This document shows positions 47,419 to 58,600 of a stretch of 64,000 nucleotides of DNA, piece after piece. Numbering within the stretch: position 1 is the stretch's first letter; the number at the start of each line of letters is the position of its first letter. The DNA lies in contig OY970325.1 of assembly GCA_963717145.1 (NCBI GenBank), positions 2,208,001 through 2,272,000 of the forward strand, read 5' to 3'. A program made the translations under genes and the position numbers. The notes under the pieces were generated by a model that saw only the letters and a list, made by a program, of their open reading frames with translations, did not search any database and was not told the origin of the DNA. The DNA comes from an uncultured Armatimonadetes bacterium. GTDB lineage: Bacteria > Armatimonadota > UBA5829 > DTJY01.

Positions 47419-49715
47419 GGTCTGGCGCGCTCACCCGGGAACTGCTGGTGAAGCACCTTGTCCGCGAAATCGATCTTGGCCTCGATCATGCTGACGAGGG
47501 TCGGATAGCCGAGATCGAGCCGCACGGATAGATCGAGCCGCGGATCGCGTCGGGCGACGATCAGTGCCCGGCGCGCATTCACCAAGTCATCACGGACGAT
47601 CCGCTCGATATCGTCGAGCAGGCCGAGTGCCTTTTGGCGGTCGGTCTCACTTCGATACTTGCGCCTGAGAGCGAAGAAGTGGTTGCCATATGAGACCGCG
47701 CGGAACATGGTCAGCAGATACTCGCCCATGTCCAGTTCTCTCTGACATTCGACCTCGTAGGGAGCGCGCGCCTGGTTCCTCGCGGACTTCATCTCCCCGA
47801 CCCCCTGCTCCCACAGTTCGACGGCGAGGTCCATGTCGGCGATCTGGGCGGAGGACGCATCGATGTCCGGCGTGTAGATCGGTCGCAGTTTCATGGCCTC
47901 CGAGGTGCCGTCGGAGAGATCACCCTCCGCGAGATAGAAGAATCGCCCGAACAGGGCCTCAGGCATGCCCTCGTCGCTGAGCATGAGCGGTTGCGCCGCC
48001 CCGATGAAGCTCGGCCCTCGGTAGTAGCCGTGGGTAAGATACGGAATGTGGCCGAGCGCCTCGCTGAAGAGCTTCCATCCCGCGATGACGGCGTCGGCGG
48101 CTCCCGGGCCGAAGTCACGGAGTGCGATCTTCTCGATCTCCTCCTCAGCGGTTCCGGACGGCTCCCAGCTCATTCGACCGGCAAGTTCCTCTGGTCGGGA
48201 GCGGGCGAACCCGGTGCAGTCGTACGCATAGTAGATCGAGGTAGGCTTCAGTCCTCGGATGATCTCGTACCGCTGACCCCAGCGCTGCATGCACGGGATA
48301 CACGGCACGCTGGTGACCTCCCACGACGTGGCGCTCTCCGTCTTGCACGCCTGCTTCATCCCGTGGGCGAGGATCGCCTCGCGCTGGGCTTTATACCGAT
48401 CGCTCGGGCCGAGGAAGTCGATCGAGTAGTCCCAGATGCTCTTGGAGTAGCCGTCCTTCTGGTAGACGTAGTCCTTGTCAATCTCGGAGACGAACTGGAT
48501 GCCGGGATCGAGCTTCGAGATCAGGTCGAGCTGGAACGGCTCCTTCGACCAGACGAAAGCCGAGTACGGCCACGCGAGAAGCTCGGCGTCCGGCTTGACC
48601 TTGCGGATGGCGCGGAAGACCGCATTCGTCAGGTCGGCGACGACATCCTCGGGCGAGCGCTTGCTGCACCGGGGGCAGTCCGTGGCCTTGCCGCCCGAGC
48701 GCATGTAGCAGTGATAGAAGCCCTCGCCGCCGATGATCGCCACCATGCCTCCGAGCGTCGGGATACGGCGATAGACTTCGGCCCACGATTCGGCGATGTA
48801 CTGCAGCGTCTCAGGGTCGGATGGACAGAGGCAGCGGATGTTCGCTCCGTGCTGTGGCGCGCCACGGGCGTTCGGATGCGCCGTGAAGACCGGATGATCG
48901 GCGGGCAGCTTCGGGTTGTACGCATCGAGGTATATCTCGACTCCGACCGAATGCGCCAGATCCGCCAGGCGTTTCAGCTCCGCCAGGTTCTCCTCGCGCT
49001 CGGGATCGGCGAGTTCGGGATATCTCTCACCCAAATAGTCGCCGAGCTGGACGAAATGGAAAGTTGCATTGGCGCCGAATCGGCTGAGCGCTGAGAAGGT
49101 GTCCCGCGTGACCGGCCGGTCGATGCTGAGGCCGCTGACGGTGAACGTGCCGTAGACATCGCCGAACATTCGGACGTCGTAGATCGGCTTGCGGTCGACA
49201 GTCATCGGCTTGATGGCCGGAATCCCGCGCTCCAGGAGAAGCTGCTCGAGGTAGTAGACGCCGTAGAGGACTCCACGGGCCGATGGGCTGGTGATCTCGA
49301 TGCCCTTATCGGTGACCGTCAGCGTGTGGCTGTCGGCCTCGACGCGGGACTTCGCCGTGCCACTCACGCGCAGGAGGATCCGCTTGTCCGACTTGTCACC
49401 CAGCTTGATCCCGCCGGCATCCAGAAAGAACGACCTGAGTTCCTCGACGGCGAACGTGCCCGGCTCCCCGCCAAGTCCCTGAGCCTCGATACCCCACTGC
49501 TCACCGATCAGGACCTCACCTGGGGCGGCATTCCACGGCTTCGGCAGGAACTTCCGGTTGTGAGGCGTGTGAAGCTCCTTGTAGAACGGGCTGGCCTTCG
49601 TGTAGGCGATCTTCCGGTCGAAGACATCCTGAAGTGTCTCTGATCCCACGTTCCCCTCCCCCTGCGCGAACGACAGGCTGATGGACAGCACGGCGATGAG
49701 CAGCCATTTGCACAT
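47415..49715 (-). CDS. secreted putative glycoside hydrolase (GH20/GH67-like N-domain plus barrel)
   Basis: Signal peptide; HTLTVTDKGIEI...RGVLYGVYYLEQ...DRKP is typical of the hexosaminidase N-domain; catalytic family unknown. Confidence 0.55.
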   Translation of the reverse strand: MCKWLLIAVLSISLSFAQGEGNVGSETLQDVFDRKIAYTKASPFYKELHTPHNRKFLPKPWNAAPGEVLIGEQWGIEAQGLGGEPGTFAVEELRSFFLDAGGIKLGDKSDKRILLRVSGTAKSRVEADSHTLTVTDKGIEITSPSARGVLYGVYYLEQLLLERGIPAIKPMTVDRKPIYDVRMFGDVYGTFTVSGLSIDRPVTRDTFSALSRFGANATFHFVQLGDYLGERYPELADPEREENLAELKRLADLAHSVGVEIYLDAYNPKLPADHPVFTAHPNARGAPQHGANIRCLCPSDPETLQYIAESWAEVYRRIPTLGGMVAIIGGEGFYHCYMRSGGKATDCPRCSKRSPEDVVADLTNAVFRAIRKVKPDAELLAWPYSAFVWSKEPFQLDLISKLDPGIQFVSEIDKDYVYQKDGYSKSIWDYSIDFLGPSDRYKAQREAILAHGMKQACKTESATSWEVTSVPCIPCMQRWGQRYEIIRGLKPTSIYYAYDCTGFARSRPEELAGRMSWEPSGTAEEEIEKIALRDFGPGAADAVIAGWKLFSEALGHIPYLTHGYYRGPSFIGAAQPLMLSDEGMPEALFGRFFYLAEGDLSDGTSEAMKLRPIYTPDIDASSAQIADMDLAVELWEQGVGEMKSARNQARAPYEVECQRELDMGEYLLTMFRAVSYGNHFFALRRKYRSETDRQKALGLLDDIERIVRDDLVNARRALIVARRDPRLDLSVRLDLGYPTLVSMIEAKIDFADKVLHQQFPGERARP

Positions 49716-49775
49716 GCGGTGACTCCTGAGTGCGGATTGCTGAGAATCTGTTCGGCGGGCCGAGGCTGAACACCT

Positions 49776-51764
49776 CTAGCGGTTCGTGGGGACGAGCTTC
49801 TTGAGTCGGGTGATCTCATCGCGGAGTTCGGCGGCGGTCTCGAAGTCGAGTTCCTTCGCCGCGCGCTTCATGTCTCGTTCGAGGTCAGCCAGGACAAGCA
49901 GGATATGATCGAGCGAGGTATCATCCGCGATGGTCTTGCGGACCTTGTAGTGCGCCCTGGTTTCCGCGACCTTCCGCGCCTCGATGATCTCACGTACCGC
50001 AGTCGTGACTGAGGCCGGGGTGATGCCGTGTTCGACGTTGTAGGCTCTCTGTAGTTCGCGGCGGCGGTTCGTCTCACTGATCGCGCGGTGCATCGAGCCG
50101 GTGATGTCGTCGGCGTACATGATGACCGTGCCCTCGATGTGCCTCGCCGCGCGCCCGATCGTCTGAATCAGCGAGGTCTCGGAGCGGAGGAAGCCCTCCT
50201 TGTCCGCATCGAGGATGGCGACGAGCGACACCTCCGGGAGGTCGAGGCCCTCCCGGAGCAGGTTGATGCCGACCACGATGTCGTAGACCCCGAGCCGCAG
50301 GTCGCGGAGTATCTCCAGGCGGTCGAGAGTGTGGACCTCCGAGTGCAGGTACTGGACCTTCAGCCCCAGATCGACCAGATACTCGGTCAGGTCCTCGGCC
50401 ATCTTCTTCGTGAGCGTCGTAACGAGAGTGCGCTCGCCCTTGTCCGTCCGCATCCTGATCTCGTTGACAAGATCATCGATCTGCCCCTGAGTCGGCCGAA
50501 TCACTACCTCGGGGTCGATCAGGCCTGTCGGACGGACGATCTGCTCCACGATCTGCGCGCTGTGCTCCAGCTCGAACGGGCCGGGAGTCGCCGAGATGAA
50601 GCAGACCTGGTTGATGCGCTGCAGGAACTCATCGAATTTCAGCGGGCGGTTGTCGAGCGCTGAAGGCAGGCGAAACCCGAACTCGACGAGCGTCTCTTTT
50701 CGCGATCGGTCGCCGGCATACATGGCGTGAAGCTGCGGAATCGTCTGATGCGACTCGTCGATGACGAGCAGGAAGTCGTCCGGGAAGTAGTCGAGCAGGC
50801 AAAACGGCGGCTCACCCTCCTTGCGGCCATCGAGTATCCGCGAGTAGTTCTCGATCCCGGAGCAGTAGCCGAGTTCCTTCATCATTTCCATGTCATACTT
50901 GGTGCGCTGCTCGATGCGCTGTGCCTCGATGAGCTGTCCGTGCCGCTGGAAATGCTCGATCCGCTCCTGCAGTTCTTCCTCGATCAGGTGGAGCGCCCGC
51001 TCGAGGTTCTCCTCCGACGTGACAAAGTGCGTGGCCGGGAAGACCGTGATCCTGTCCTCGCGCTTGATCACCTCGCCCGTGAGCGGGTCGACGATCGTGA
51101 TGCGCTCGACCTCATCGCCGAAGAACTCGATGCGAATGACGATCTCCTCGTCGGCGGGCTGAATCTCCAAGATGTCGCCCTTGACTCGGAACGTCCCGCG
51201 CTGAAGGGCCATGTCGTTGCGGGTGAACTGGATGTCTACCAGACGGCGGAGGACATCCTCGCGGAGGTAGGAGTCGCCGACCTGCAGCGAGAGCATGCTC
51301 TGCATGTACTCCCGAGGCGATCCGAGGCCGTAGATGCACGAGACGCTCGCCACTATGACGACGTCACGCCGCTCAAGGACCGCCTGTGTGGCGGAATGGC
51401 GCAGGCGGTCGATCTCGTCGTTAATCGACGAGTCCTTCTCGATGTAGGTGTCGCTCTGGGGAATATAGGCTTCCGGCTGGTAGTAGTCGTAGTAGCTGAC
51501 GAAGTACTCGACGGCATTGTTCGGGAGGAATCCCCTGAACTCGCTGCAGAGCTGGGCGGCGAGAGTCTTGTTGTGCGCGATCACCAGGGTCGGCCTCCGG
51601 ACCTCCTCGATGACATTGGCCATGGTGAAGGTCTTGCCCGATCCAGTGACGCCCAGGAGCGTCTGGAAGCGAGCGCCGGAGTCGATGCCCGCTCTGAGTT
51701 CCCTGATCGCCTTCGGTTGGTCACCCTTAGGCTCAAAATCGGATACTATCTTGAAATCAGTCAT
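49776..51764 (-). CDS. uvrB: excinuclease ABC subunit B
   Basis: [47 protein letters not shown]-terminal UVR domain. Confidence 0.97.
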   Translation of the reverse strand: MTDFKIVSDFEPKGDQPKAIRELRAGIDSGARFQTLLGVTGSGKTFTMANVIEEVRRPTLVIAHNKTLAAQLCSEFRGFLPNNAVEYFVSYYDYYQPEAYIPQSDTYIEKDSSINDEIDRLRHSATQAVLERRDVVIVASVSCIYGLGSPREYMQSMLSLQVGDSYLREDVLRRLVDIQFTRNDMALQRGTFRVKGDILEIQPADEEIVIRIEFFGDEVERITIVDPLTGEVIKREDRITVFPATHFVTSEENLERALHLIEEELQERIEHFQRHGQLIEAQRIEQRTKYDMEMMKELGYCSGIENYSRILDGRKEGEPPFCLLDYFPDDFLLVIDESHQTIPQLHAMYAGDRSRKETLVEFGFRLPSALDNRPLKFDEFLQRINQVCFISATPGPFELEHSAQIVEQIVRPTGLIDPEVVIRPTQGQIDDLVNEIRMRTDKGERTLVTTLTKKMAEDLTEYLVDLGLKVQYLHSEVHTLDRLEILRDLRLGVYDIVVGINLLREGLDLPEVSLVAILDADKEGFLRSETSLIQTIGRAARHIEGTVIMYADDITGSMHRAISETNRRRELQRAYNVEHGITPASVTTAVREIIEARKVAETRAHYKVRKTIADDTSLDHILLVLADLERDMKRAAKELDFETAAELRDEITRLKKLVPTNR

Positions 51765-51777
51765 CTCTAGCCCGTTT

Positions 51778-51836
51778 CGATCTCCAGACGACTCCGTCGT
51801 CGACCGGCGGTCGACGACGGAGTCGTCTGGAGATCG
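51778..51836. repeat. perfect palindrome (28-bp arms, 3-nt loop) in the uvrB leader
   Basis: CGATCTCCAGACGACTCCGTCGTCGACC-GGC-GGTCGACGACGGAGTCGTCTGGAGATCG. Confidence 0.85.
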
Positions 51837-51884
51837 GCCCACCGGAAACGCACATCTGTTCGCACTTTGACTTCCTATTATACA

Positions 51885-53834
51885 CTAAAACCCGCCGGAA
51901 CCCAACTCCAGCATGATCTTGTTCTGGGATTTCGACCAGACGGCCATCAGCTCGCGGTTTCCGAGGCGCCGTCCGAGCGCGAATTCCGTGTCGCTGTAGG
52001 ACAGCGCGCCGAACTTGTTCCATGTGCTCCGCAGCCCGACTCGCCAGTTGTCGTCGACGTAGTAGCTGAGATCGGCCAGGAGGTTCGCCGATGAGTAGTC
52101 GAGACCCGTCATCGCAAAGAGAGTAGCGCCCCATTTCTTGCCATCGCTGAGGCGCAGATGCCCGCTGATACTCTGCTTGCCGAAGGTCGAGTTGCTGAGG
52201 GTCGTTGCCCGGTCTGCAAACCGGTAGTTCAGTTGAAGCCGGCTGGTCGTGGAGAGCCGCCAGTCCAGCATCGCGGTGGCGATCGTCGAAAGTCCGGAGG
52301 TATTGGCGGCGCCCCAGCGGTACCCGAGGCTCAGGGAACTCCGGAGTGAAATAGCATCGCCGAACTTGAAGGGATTCGAGTAGATATTGCCGAGCAGAGA
52401 CTGCTGTGTCCCGCCACTGCTTCCCACGTTCGACCCATCGATGTAGGATGTTCGACTCGAGAGCGAGAACCTGGCGGGCAGTTTCCCGAGCGGCTTTGAG
52501 GTCGTCTGCAGGCTGAGTTCAGTCGTCCGGCTGTCTCCACCCTCGGCAAGATGACTGCCATAGAAGTTGAGGCCCGCGCTGAAGCCATCGAAAGAGCGGC
52601 TCAGGTTCATCATGCCGAAAAGATCCTTGTGAGCAGCCCAATCGACATAGAGATACCCCTGACTGCGGCTGTCGATCTGTTGAGTGTGCGACACGTGCGC
52701 GCCCCAATCCGCGTCCGTGACCTGGCTGAAGAGGATCTGTCCGCTGGAACTCGGAGTGGTGTACTTCTGTCGCACATCGAGGAACCAGCCGGGTTTCTGC
52801 CCGTACCATCCCCAGCCGGCGCTCTCGCCGTGACGCACAAGAAGCGCGCCGTTCGAGGATGGAGTCAGGGAGTAGTACAGAGGGAGGTTCAGGGTGATAC
52901 CGCCTGTGCCATAGCCCACATACTGGCCGTCTTCACTCTGACCATCCGTCAGAGACAGGACATAGAACGGCAGCCAGAGAGTGCGCTTGCCGTTCATATA
53001 TACTCCGGCCGACTTGAACTGGATCTTATCCGAAGGGAAGATAGTGGCTGACTTCGCCTTGACCAACAGACTGCTCCCCGACAGATCAATGAGATCGAGT
53101 TCCTCTGGCAGATAGTCTCCCGTGCCCTCAGTCGGCTTGCTCTCGCCCTTGCGCAGATCTACAGCCTGGCTGCTCCCGCTGCTGATCGAAATGAGCTGTC
53201 CTTGCAGGGTGGTGATGTCACAGAGCAGCAGATCGCCCGTAATAGTCTTGTCCTTCAGCCGAATCTCGATAGGCGTATCGCGTCCGGAACTACGAGCGAT
53301 TATCCGGCCGGTCTGCAGGTCCACCTGCACCTGGTCGGCAGTCATCAGGATCGAACGGTAGCGGATTCGGACGCCGCCGATTGCCTCCAGTACCCGGTAG
53401 TCAATGCTGTACGCCAGGTAGTCGTCGGCATTCACCTCCAGGTACTGAGGGCCGTCAAGCTCCTCCGAACGGCTTCCGAACGAGACAGATATCTGCGCGA
53501 CCGCCTGACCCTCGAGCCAGGTCGCGGTTATCATGCAGTCGCCGGGAATATCGGAACTGGTGAGCTTGGCTCGCGCAACGCCCGCTGAGGTCTGCGCCGT
53601 CTCCTCGATCACTCCGAGGGTCGCAGCGAAGCGGACCTCGGTGCCGTCCGGAACCAACCCGCCGTCACGATCTCTGACCTCGGCGCTCACTGTGCAGATA
53701 CTCTTGCCATCGGCAAGAAGGGCAGTCGGGTTCGCGTTCAGGTGCAGGCTTCCCGCTCCTCTATCGGCCCAGACAGGCCCGCACACGCTCAGGAGCAGCG
53801 TCAAACATATGATAAGGGCGATGGATCGCACCAT
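51885..53834 (-). CDS. predicted outer-membrane protein: invasin-type Ig domain, LptD/OstA-like segment, beta-barrel
   Basis: Signal peptide; LLADGKS...VPDGTEVRF...GVA Big_1 pattern; alternating beta strands; C-terminal Phe. Confidence 0.65.
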   Translation of the reverse strand: MVRSIALIICLTLLLSVCGPVWADRGAGSLHLNANPTALLADGKSICTVSAEVRDRDGGLVPDGTEVRFAATLGVIEETAQTSAGVARAKLTSSDIPGDCMITATWLEGQAVAQISVSFGSRSEELDGPQYLEVNADDYLAYSIDYRVLEAIGGVRIRYRSILMTADQVQVDLQTGRIIARSSGRDTPIEIRLKDKTITGDLLLCDITTLQGQLISISSGSSQAVDLRKGESKPTEGTGDYLPEELDLIDLSGSSLLVKAKSATIFPSDKIQFKSAGVYMNGKRTLWLPFYVLSLTDGQSEDGQYVGYGTGGITLNLPLYYSLTPSSNGALLVRHGESAGWGWYGQKPGWFLDVRQKYTTPSSSGQILFSQVTDADWGAHVSHTQQIDSRSQGYLYVDWAAHKDLFGMMNLSRSFDGFSAGLNFYGSHLAEGGDSRTTELSLQTTSKPLGKLPARFSLSSRTSYIDGSNVGSSGGTQQSLLGNIYSNPFKFGDAISLRSSLSLGYRWGAANTSGLSTIATAMLDWRLSTTSRLQLNYRFADRATTLSNSTFGKQSISGHLRLSDGKKWGATLFAMTGLDYSSANLLADLSYYVDDNWRVGLRSTWNKFGALSYSDTEFALGRRLGNRELMAVWSKSQNKIMLELGSGGF

Positions 53835-53890
53835 AGTAATAATCTTAAGACCTTTGGCGACAACTGTCAACACGGAGACGAATACGAGAC

Positions 53891-53922
53891 AAAAAGCCCG
53901 TCACCTTGGTGCGTGACGGGCT
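53891..53922 (-). terminator. intrinsic terminator after the surface-protein cluster
   Basis: AGCCCGTCAC...GTGACGGGCT followed by a T tract on the minus strand. Confidence 0.75.
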
Positions 53923-53955
53923 GCTACGGTCATATTCGGCTTGCCAACCCGTTTG

Positions 53956-54702
53956 CTAGCCTCCAATCACAAAACCGAGGAGCAGCGCGCCCAGCATCGC
54001 CGGCAGCAGCCCCTTGTTTCGCGATTTGGCAGGCTTGTACACTTCCTGTCCCTGCCCCACCGGGCTGGTGGACAGAGCGGTCGGAGATGCCTTAGAGATC
54101 ACCGAGATCACCTTGTTGCAGCCATCATTGAGGGCGCTGATCGCAATCCCGCTCTCAGTCTGGCTCTGATCATCGGCCTTTCCGATCGCCGTACCAGTAA
54201 CGACGATGGTGAACGGCTTCTCGTTCCCGGTTCCTTTGATGAGGTGCACAGTGATCTCGATCTTCGCCTCTTTGGTCGCGTCGTTGAAGGAGTAAGAATC
54301 GAGGGAGCTGATAACCCCAAGGTCGGTCGCGATCGCCTGGCAGACTTTCTGAGCGCGCGCCACACCCTGAGGGTCCGTTGCCAGACCCGCGCTGAAGTCG
54401 TCCGGCTTGACCCTCTGCTCGGTAATGGCGCGCTGCAAAGAGAGGTTGCTGCGGACATCGCAGGCCGTGACAGCGAACTTATCGCTCAGCAGCGATAGTG
54501 CATCCTTCAGCAGTATCTGGAAGTCGATCGCCATCTGAGCCTTGCCATCGCCGAGGCTGTTCTTGACCGGAAATACGACGACGTTCTGCTTGCCGGCCGT
54601 GCTCTGCAGATCCGCCGCGAAGGCGGTGGCGCCCAGTGCAATCGCCAGAAGGCAAAAAGCAGTAACAGAAAGCATCATTGTTCTTGCGCGTGAAGGTCTC
54701 AT
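53956..54702 (-). CDS. secreted hypothetical protein, paralog of 54772-55596
   Basis: Signal peptide, VVVFPV, VTGTAIGK, C-terminal hydrophobic segment. Confidence 0.7.
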   Translation of the reverse strand: MRPSRARTMMLSVTAFCLLAIALGATAFAADLQSTAGKQNVVVFPVKNSLGDGKAQMAIDFQILLKDALSLLSDKFAVTACDVRSNLSLQRAITEQRVKPDDFSAGLATDPQGVARAQKVCQAIATDLGVISSLDSYSFNDATKEAKIEITVHLIKGTGNEKPFTIVVTGTAIGKADDQSQTESGIAISALNDGCNKVISVISKASPTALSTSPVGQGQEVYKPAKSRNKGLLPAMLGALLLGFVIGG

Positions 54703-54771
54703 CTCCCGAATCCTTCCATAAGGCCGGGGCACTGCGCTCGGCAGCACCCCGGTTGCTCAAACAGCGAGTTG

Positions 54772-55596
54772 TCAGATGCCCGGAATGGGCGGTGGGCTAT
54801 CCGGTGGCGCGGCGGAACCGCCTCCACCTCCGCCACCGCCAGAGCCACCGAGTAGCAGGCCGACCCCAAGGGACAGCAGGAGCATCGGCACCCAGCCGGT
54901 CTTCGACTTCTTCTTGATACTCGTCGGTGGCGGCACAATCACCGGCTCATTCTGAGCCGCAGCGTTATACTGCCCACCGGTAACCTGATCCAGTATCTTG
55001 CCGCCGGCATCACGAACCGCCGCAGCCGCGAGAGTGCTCTCGGTAGCATCAGCGGCGTCGCCCTTTGCCGCCCTGCCGGTAACAGTCGTGTCCGATGACC
55101 TGCCGGTCTTGACATCGATCACCTGCACGGTCGCTGTGATGGACGCCTCACCCTTCGCAGGGTCGAACTTGTAGAAATCCACAGTTCCTGTAATGGCGAC
55201 ATCAGCCGACAACGTCTTCGCAAGCGAGACAGCCCGCTTCATCGCGTCGGGGTCACCGGCAAATGGGCCGGCGGTCAGCTTCTTGCCGTCAAGCTCGATG
55301 TCAACCAGTCTCTTCACCGAGGGCAGGCGGCTTGAGTACGCAACGGTGGCATACCTCGGGCAGGCGGCAAGCCCTTTCTGCATGATAGCAGTGAGCTGCT
55401 CGGCGGCCAGCACGGCCTTGGTCGTGTCCGATGACTCGACCACCATGTTGCCGACCGGGAAGAACACGGCCGTCTGCCTCAATACGCCCTTCGGCGAAGC
55501 GGCCACAGCGGCGCTGCCCAGATAGGGCATCACGAACAAGGCCGCCATCGCAGAGGCGATACATCGGATGCCTCTAAATCGAACCATGACTTGCAT
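54772..55596 (-). CDS. secreted hypothetical protein (CsgG/TolB-N-like fold, inferred)
   Basis: AVFFPV...AKTLSADVAITGTV...VQVIDVKTG; C-terminal hydrophobic segment plus Gly/Pro tail. Confidence 0.65.
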   Translation of the reverse strand: MQVMVRFRGIRCIASAMAALFVMPYLGSAAVAASPKGVLRQTAVFFPVGNMVVESSDTTKAVLAAEQLTAIMQKGLAACPRYATVAYSSRLPSVKRLVDIELDGKKLTAGPFAGDPDAMKRAVSLAKTLSADVAITGTVDFYKFDPAKGEASITATVQVIDVKTGRSSDTTVTGRAAKGDAADATESTLAAAAVRDAGGKILDQVTGGQYNAAAQNEPVIVPPPTSIKKKSKTGWVPMLLLSLGVGLLLGGSGGGGGGGGSAAPPDSPPPIPGI

Positions 55597-55619
55597 GTTA
55601 GTACCTCTCCAGAAAAGGG

Positions 55620-58600
55620 CTATTTCCCGCCCAGGATCACACGGAACAGCCTTCCACCGACGGCATCAGCCGCAGGGAACGTATAGACTCCACCGGGCTT
55701 CAACTCGGTCGACTTTCCGGTCGTATCATCAACTAGTGTCAGAGTGCTGCCGATGGGCAGGGTTTCGATTCCCTCCCAGGACAGCTCCATCAGGCCTTCG
55801 GACTGATCGGTCGTGATCTTGACGATCCATGTCTCGCCATCGGAACCCTTCGACCGCACGTCGTAGGCGAATACTCCACCCTTGGCATCAGTGAAGTAAA
55901 GATCGACGAAGTTGCTCAAATAACCCGGGCTCTCGACCTTCGAGGCTGCCGATGCGACGCCGAGACCATTGAAGGCGTCGATCATGTCGCCCACTTTGGC
56001 GGTCAGGTTGACTTCCCAACCTGATCCATCCGCCGACTCGATGGCGAGCGGCTTCTGGGCCTCCATGTTGAGAGACCCCGGCGGCGGAACGACCAGATAG
56101 CAGTCGACCATCGCCTTCACCCAATAGCCGCGCCACGCGTCGATTGTGGTCAGCGCGCCGTTCCTCGTAGGATCGACGATTCTGTACTCGCCGGTGTTCG
56201 GGTTTGAACTCGACTGCACGAATGCCCAGCCGTAAGATCGAATCCATCCGCGTCCTGCAGCCGCTCCGATTGCGAGTGTCTCGTTCCCTCGGCGGACCTT
56301 CAGGGTGCTCCAATTAACGCTCCCGTTGAACGGGCATCCGATCTGGTTCCATCCTGGAGACAGGTGGATATCGAAGTTGGCCGTGCTGCTCGCCAGGCTC
56401 CCGACTCGGCGACACGGTCATGGTGGTTCCACCATAGACCTTCATCCAGTAGCCTCCGCCGAGTTCGATATCGGAAAGAGGCAGGTCCGGCGTACCAGGC
56501 AGTCCGGGTACCGACCGATAGTATGCATAGTCGTTTTGCAGCGGGCGGAACTGAGCCAGCGCGTATGAGCCATCGCCGAAGACCGATCCGGGGAATGCGT
56601 TCGCCGGATGGATCGGGATGGAGATCATATCGAGACCTCGAACCTGCGACGAGGGCCCTGTGACACTGATCAGTACCCAAGCGGATTCAGCCTGAGCGTA
56701 GTCAGCGTCGCCGGCCCATGTTGCCTTGACACTCCAGCGAGGTCCAGGCAACACACCGATCATGTCGGGCGTCCACGATGTCGAGAATATGCCGTTGGCC
56801 CCGGTGGTCACTGTCCGGGTGAACTGCGAATCATCCGGCCGCTTGAAGGTCAGCGTCAGAGGCGCGGACCTGGCCGGCGAGATGCTTCCAGTCAGAACAC
56901 CGGCAACGCCGATCCTCGGAGCGGTCGCAGGCTGGTTGACCTGCACACTCGCCACCGGCTTCGATGTGACACTGGGTCCGGTGCCTCCGGCTGGGTTGGC
57001 GTTCTCGAGTTCGAAGTCCTTCGTCCTGAACACAAAGGTGTGCGTGCCTGCCGGCAGCCCCTGCTTTGCGTAGGTGTATGTAACTCCCGTCTCGAAGTCA
57101 TTCTGATTCGCGACCTTCACCATGTCGAAGGTCAGCGGGGCTCCGGCCCCATTGATGTAGATGTCGAGCTTCACGTACTCGGGAAGATCGCCATCATCGT
57201 CGCTGTAGATGACACTATACGTATAGACCGTATCCGTCCAGCGGCTTGTCGGATTGACCATGCCGACACTCAGCTCCGGCGCGTGGTTCACGTGTACAAG
57301 CGGGCCGTTGATCGTCGCGGTCTGGACAGCGTTCTCCAGTCCGTCACTTGCCGTGACGTAGAAGCTGTTCGCGTTCGGATCATCGCTCGTAATCAGATCT
57401 GACCCGGCGAGAGTCTTGTGATAGCGGACACCGGCGGTTACGAAATCCGTCCCCGCGGACGTATCCAGAGTCATCGCGTAGGATATCCCGTTGACCCAGA
57501 CTCGGACGTACCCGAGGGTCGCATCCGGCGCACGGTTATCGGCGTCCTTGTAGGTGACCGTGAACTCGTAGGACATGCCCGCGTTTCCGTATGTCGGGGT
57601 GACAGCCGCGTTCAGCAGGACAGGCTTTCGGTTGATGTAGAACTCCGGATCCGTCACGCCCAGGATCGGGTATCTGCCAACCACCCATCCGTCCGATCCC
57701 TCGAAGTGGAATGTGTGCTTACCCGGGGTCAGCAGAGGATTCGCGCTGTCGACTACGGCGGTGAACTCGGCGCCGGTCACGTAGTTCGGCACGCCGGCAG
57801 GGCCCGTCATATCGACACCGGTAAGCGCTCCATCTACGAACAGCTTCACGTATCCTGTGACGTAATCTGCGTCTCGGAAGATCGGCGCGTCACCATTGGC
57901 ATCCGAGTAGGTGATCTTGAAGGTGAACAGTCCCCCTGCCAGACCGATCTGCGGCGTGACCAGTTCGCTGTTCAGCCCCTTGGTCATCAGCGGAGGCAGA
58001 TTGCCCAGCGGAGCGGTCTTGGTGATCCTCAGATTGGTGATCTCGCCTATCGCAGGGTACCGCACCACAGTTGTGCGACTCAAACCACCCTCACCGATGA
58101 GTTCGTTGGTCGAGGACATGAAGTGGACTGCGTAATCGCCCTCGCCGAGGCTGTTCAGGCGGTATGTGTATTCCGCACCGTTGGCGCAGTTGTTATCGTT
58201 CGGATCCTTGCTCAACTGGATCTTGCCTATGCTGAACGCGTTGCCTGCGGCAACACCGGGCAGGATTTGCGCGAGGAGCGTGACAGTGTTCGCCGTATTG
58301 CTCTCGACCCTGTAGGACGTGCCTGAGGCCGTGCCGTTCGTGAACTGCAACGGCAACCCCGCGAACTCGTTGACAGTCCAAGTCGGGGTGCTGCCGTCGA
58401 GATTCTCGGCAGTCACTACAGTCCCTGAGAACGACCGGACTTTGAAGTCGTTGAGCGGCTCGGGTGGTACGCCAATGATGATCGGCGGGACCGACGGGTC
58501 AACCTTGCGTATGAAGACTACCGGAGTGCCGCTGGTCGGCCACTCGTTGTTCGCGTCGGTGTACACGACCCCGAAGTTCACCCACTGCGACGTGCTGATT

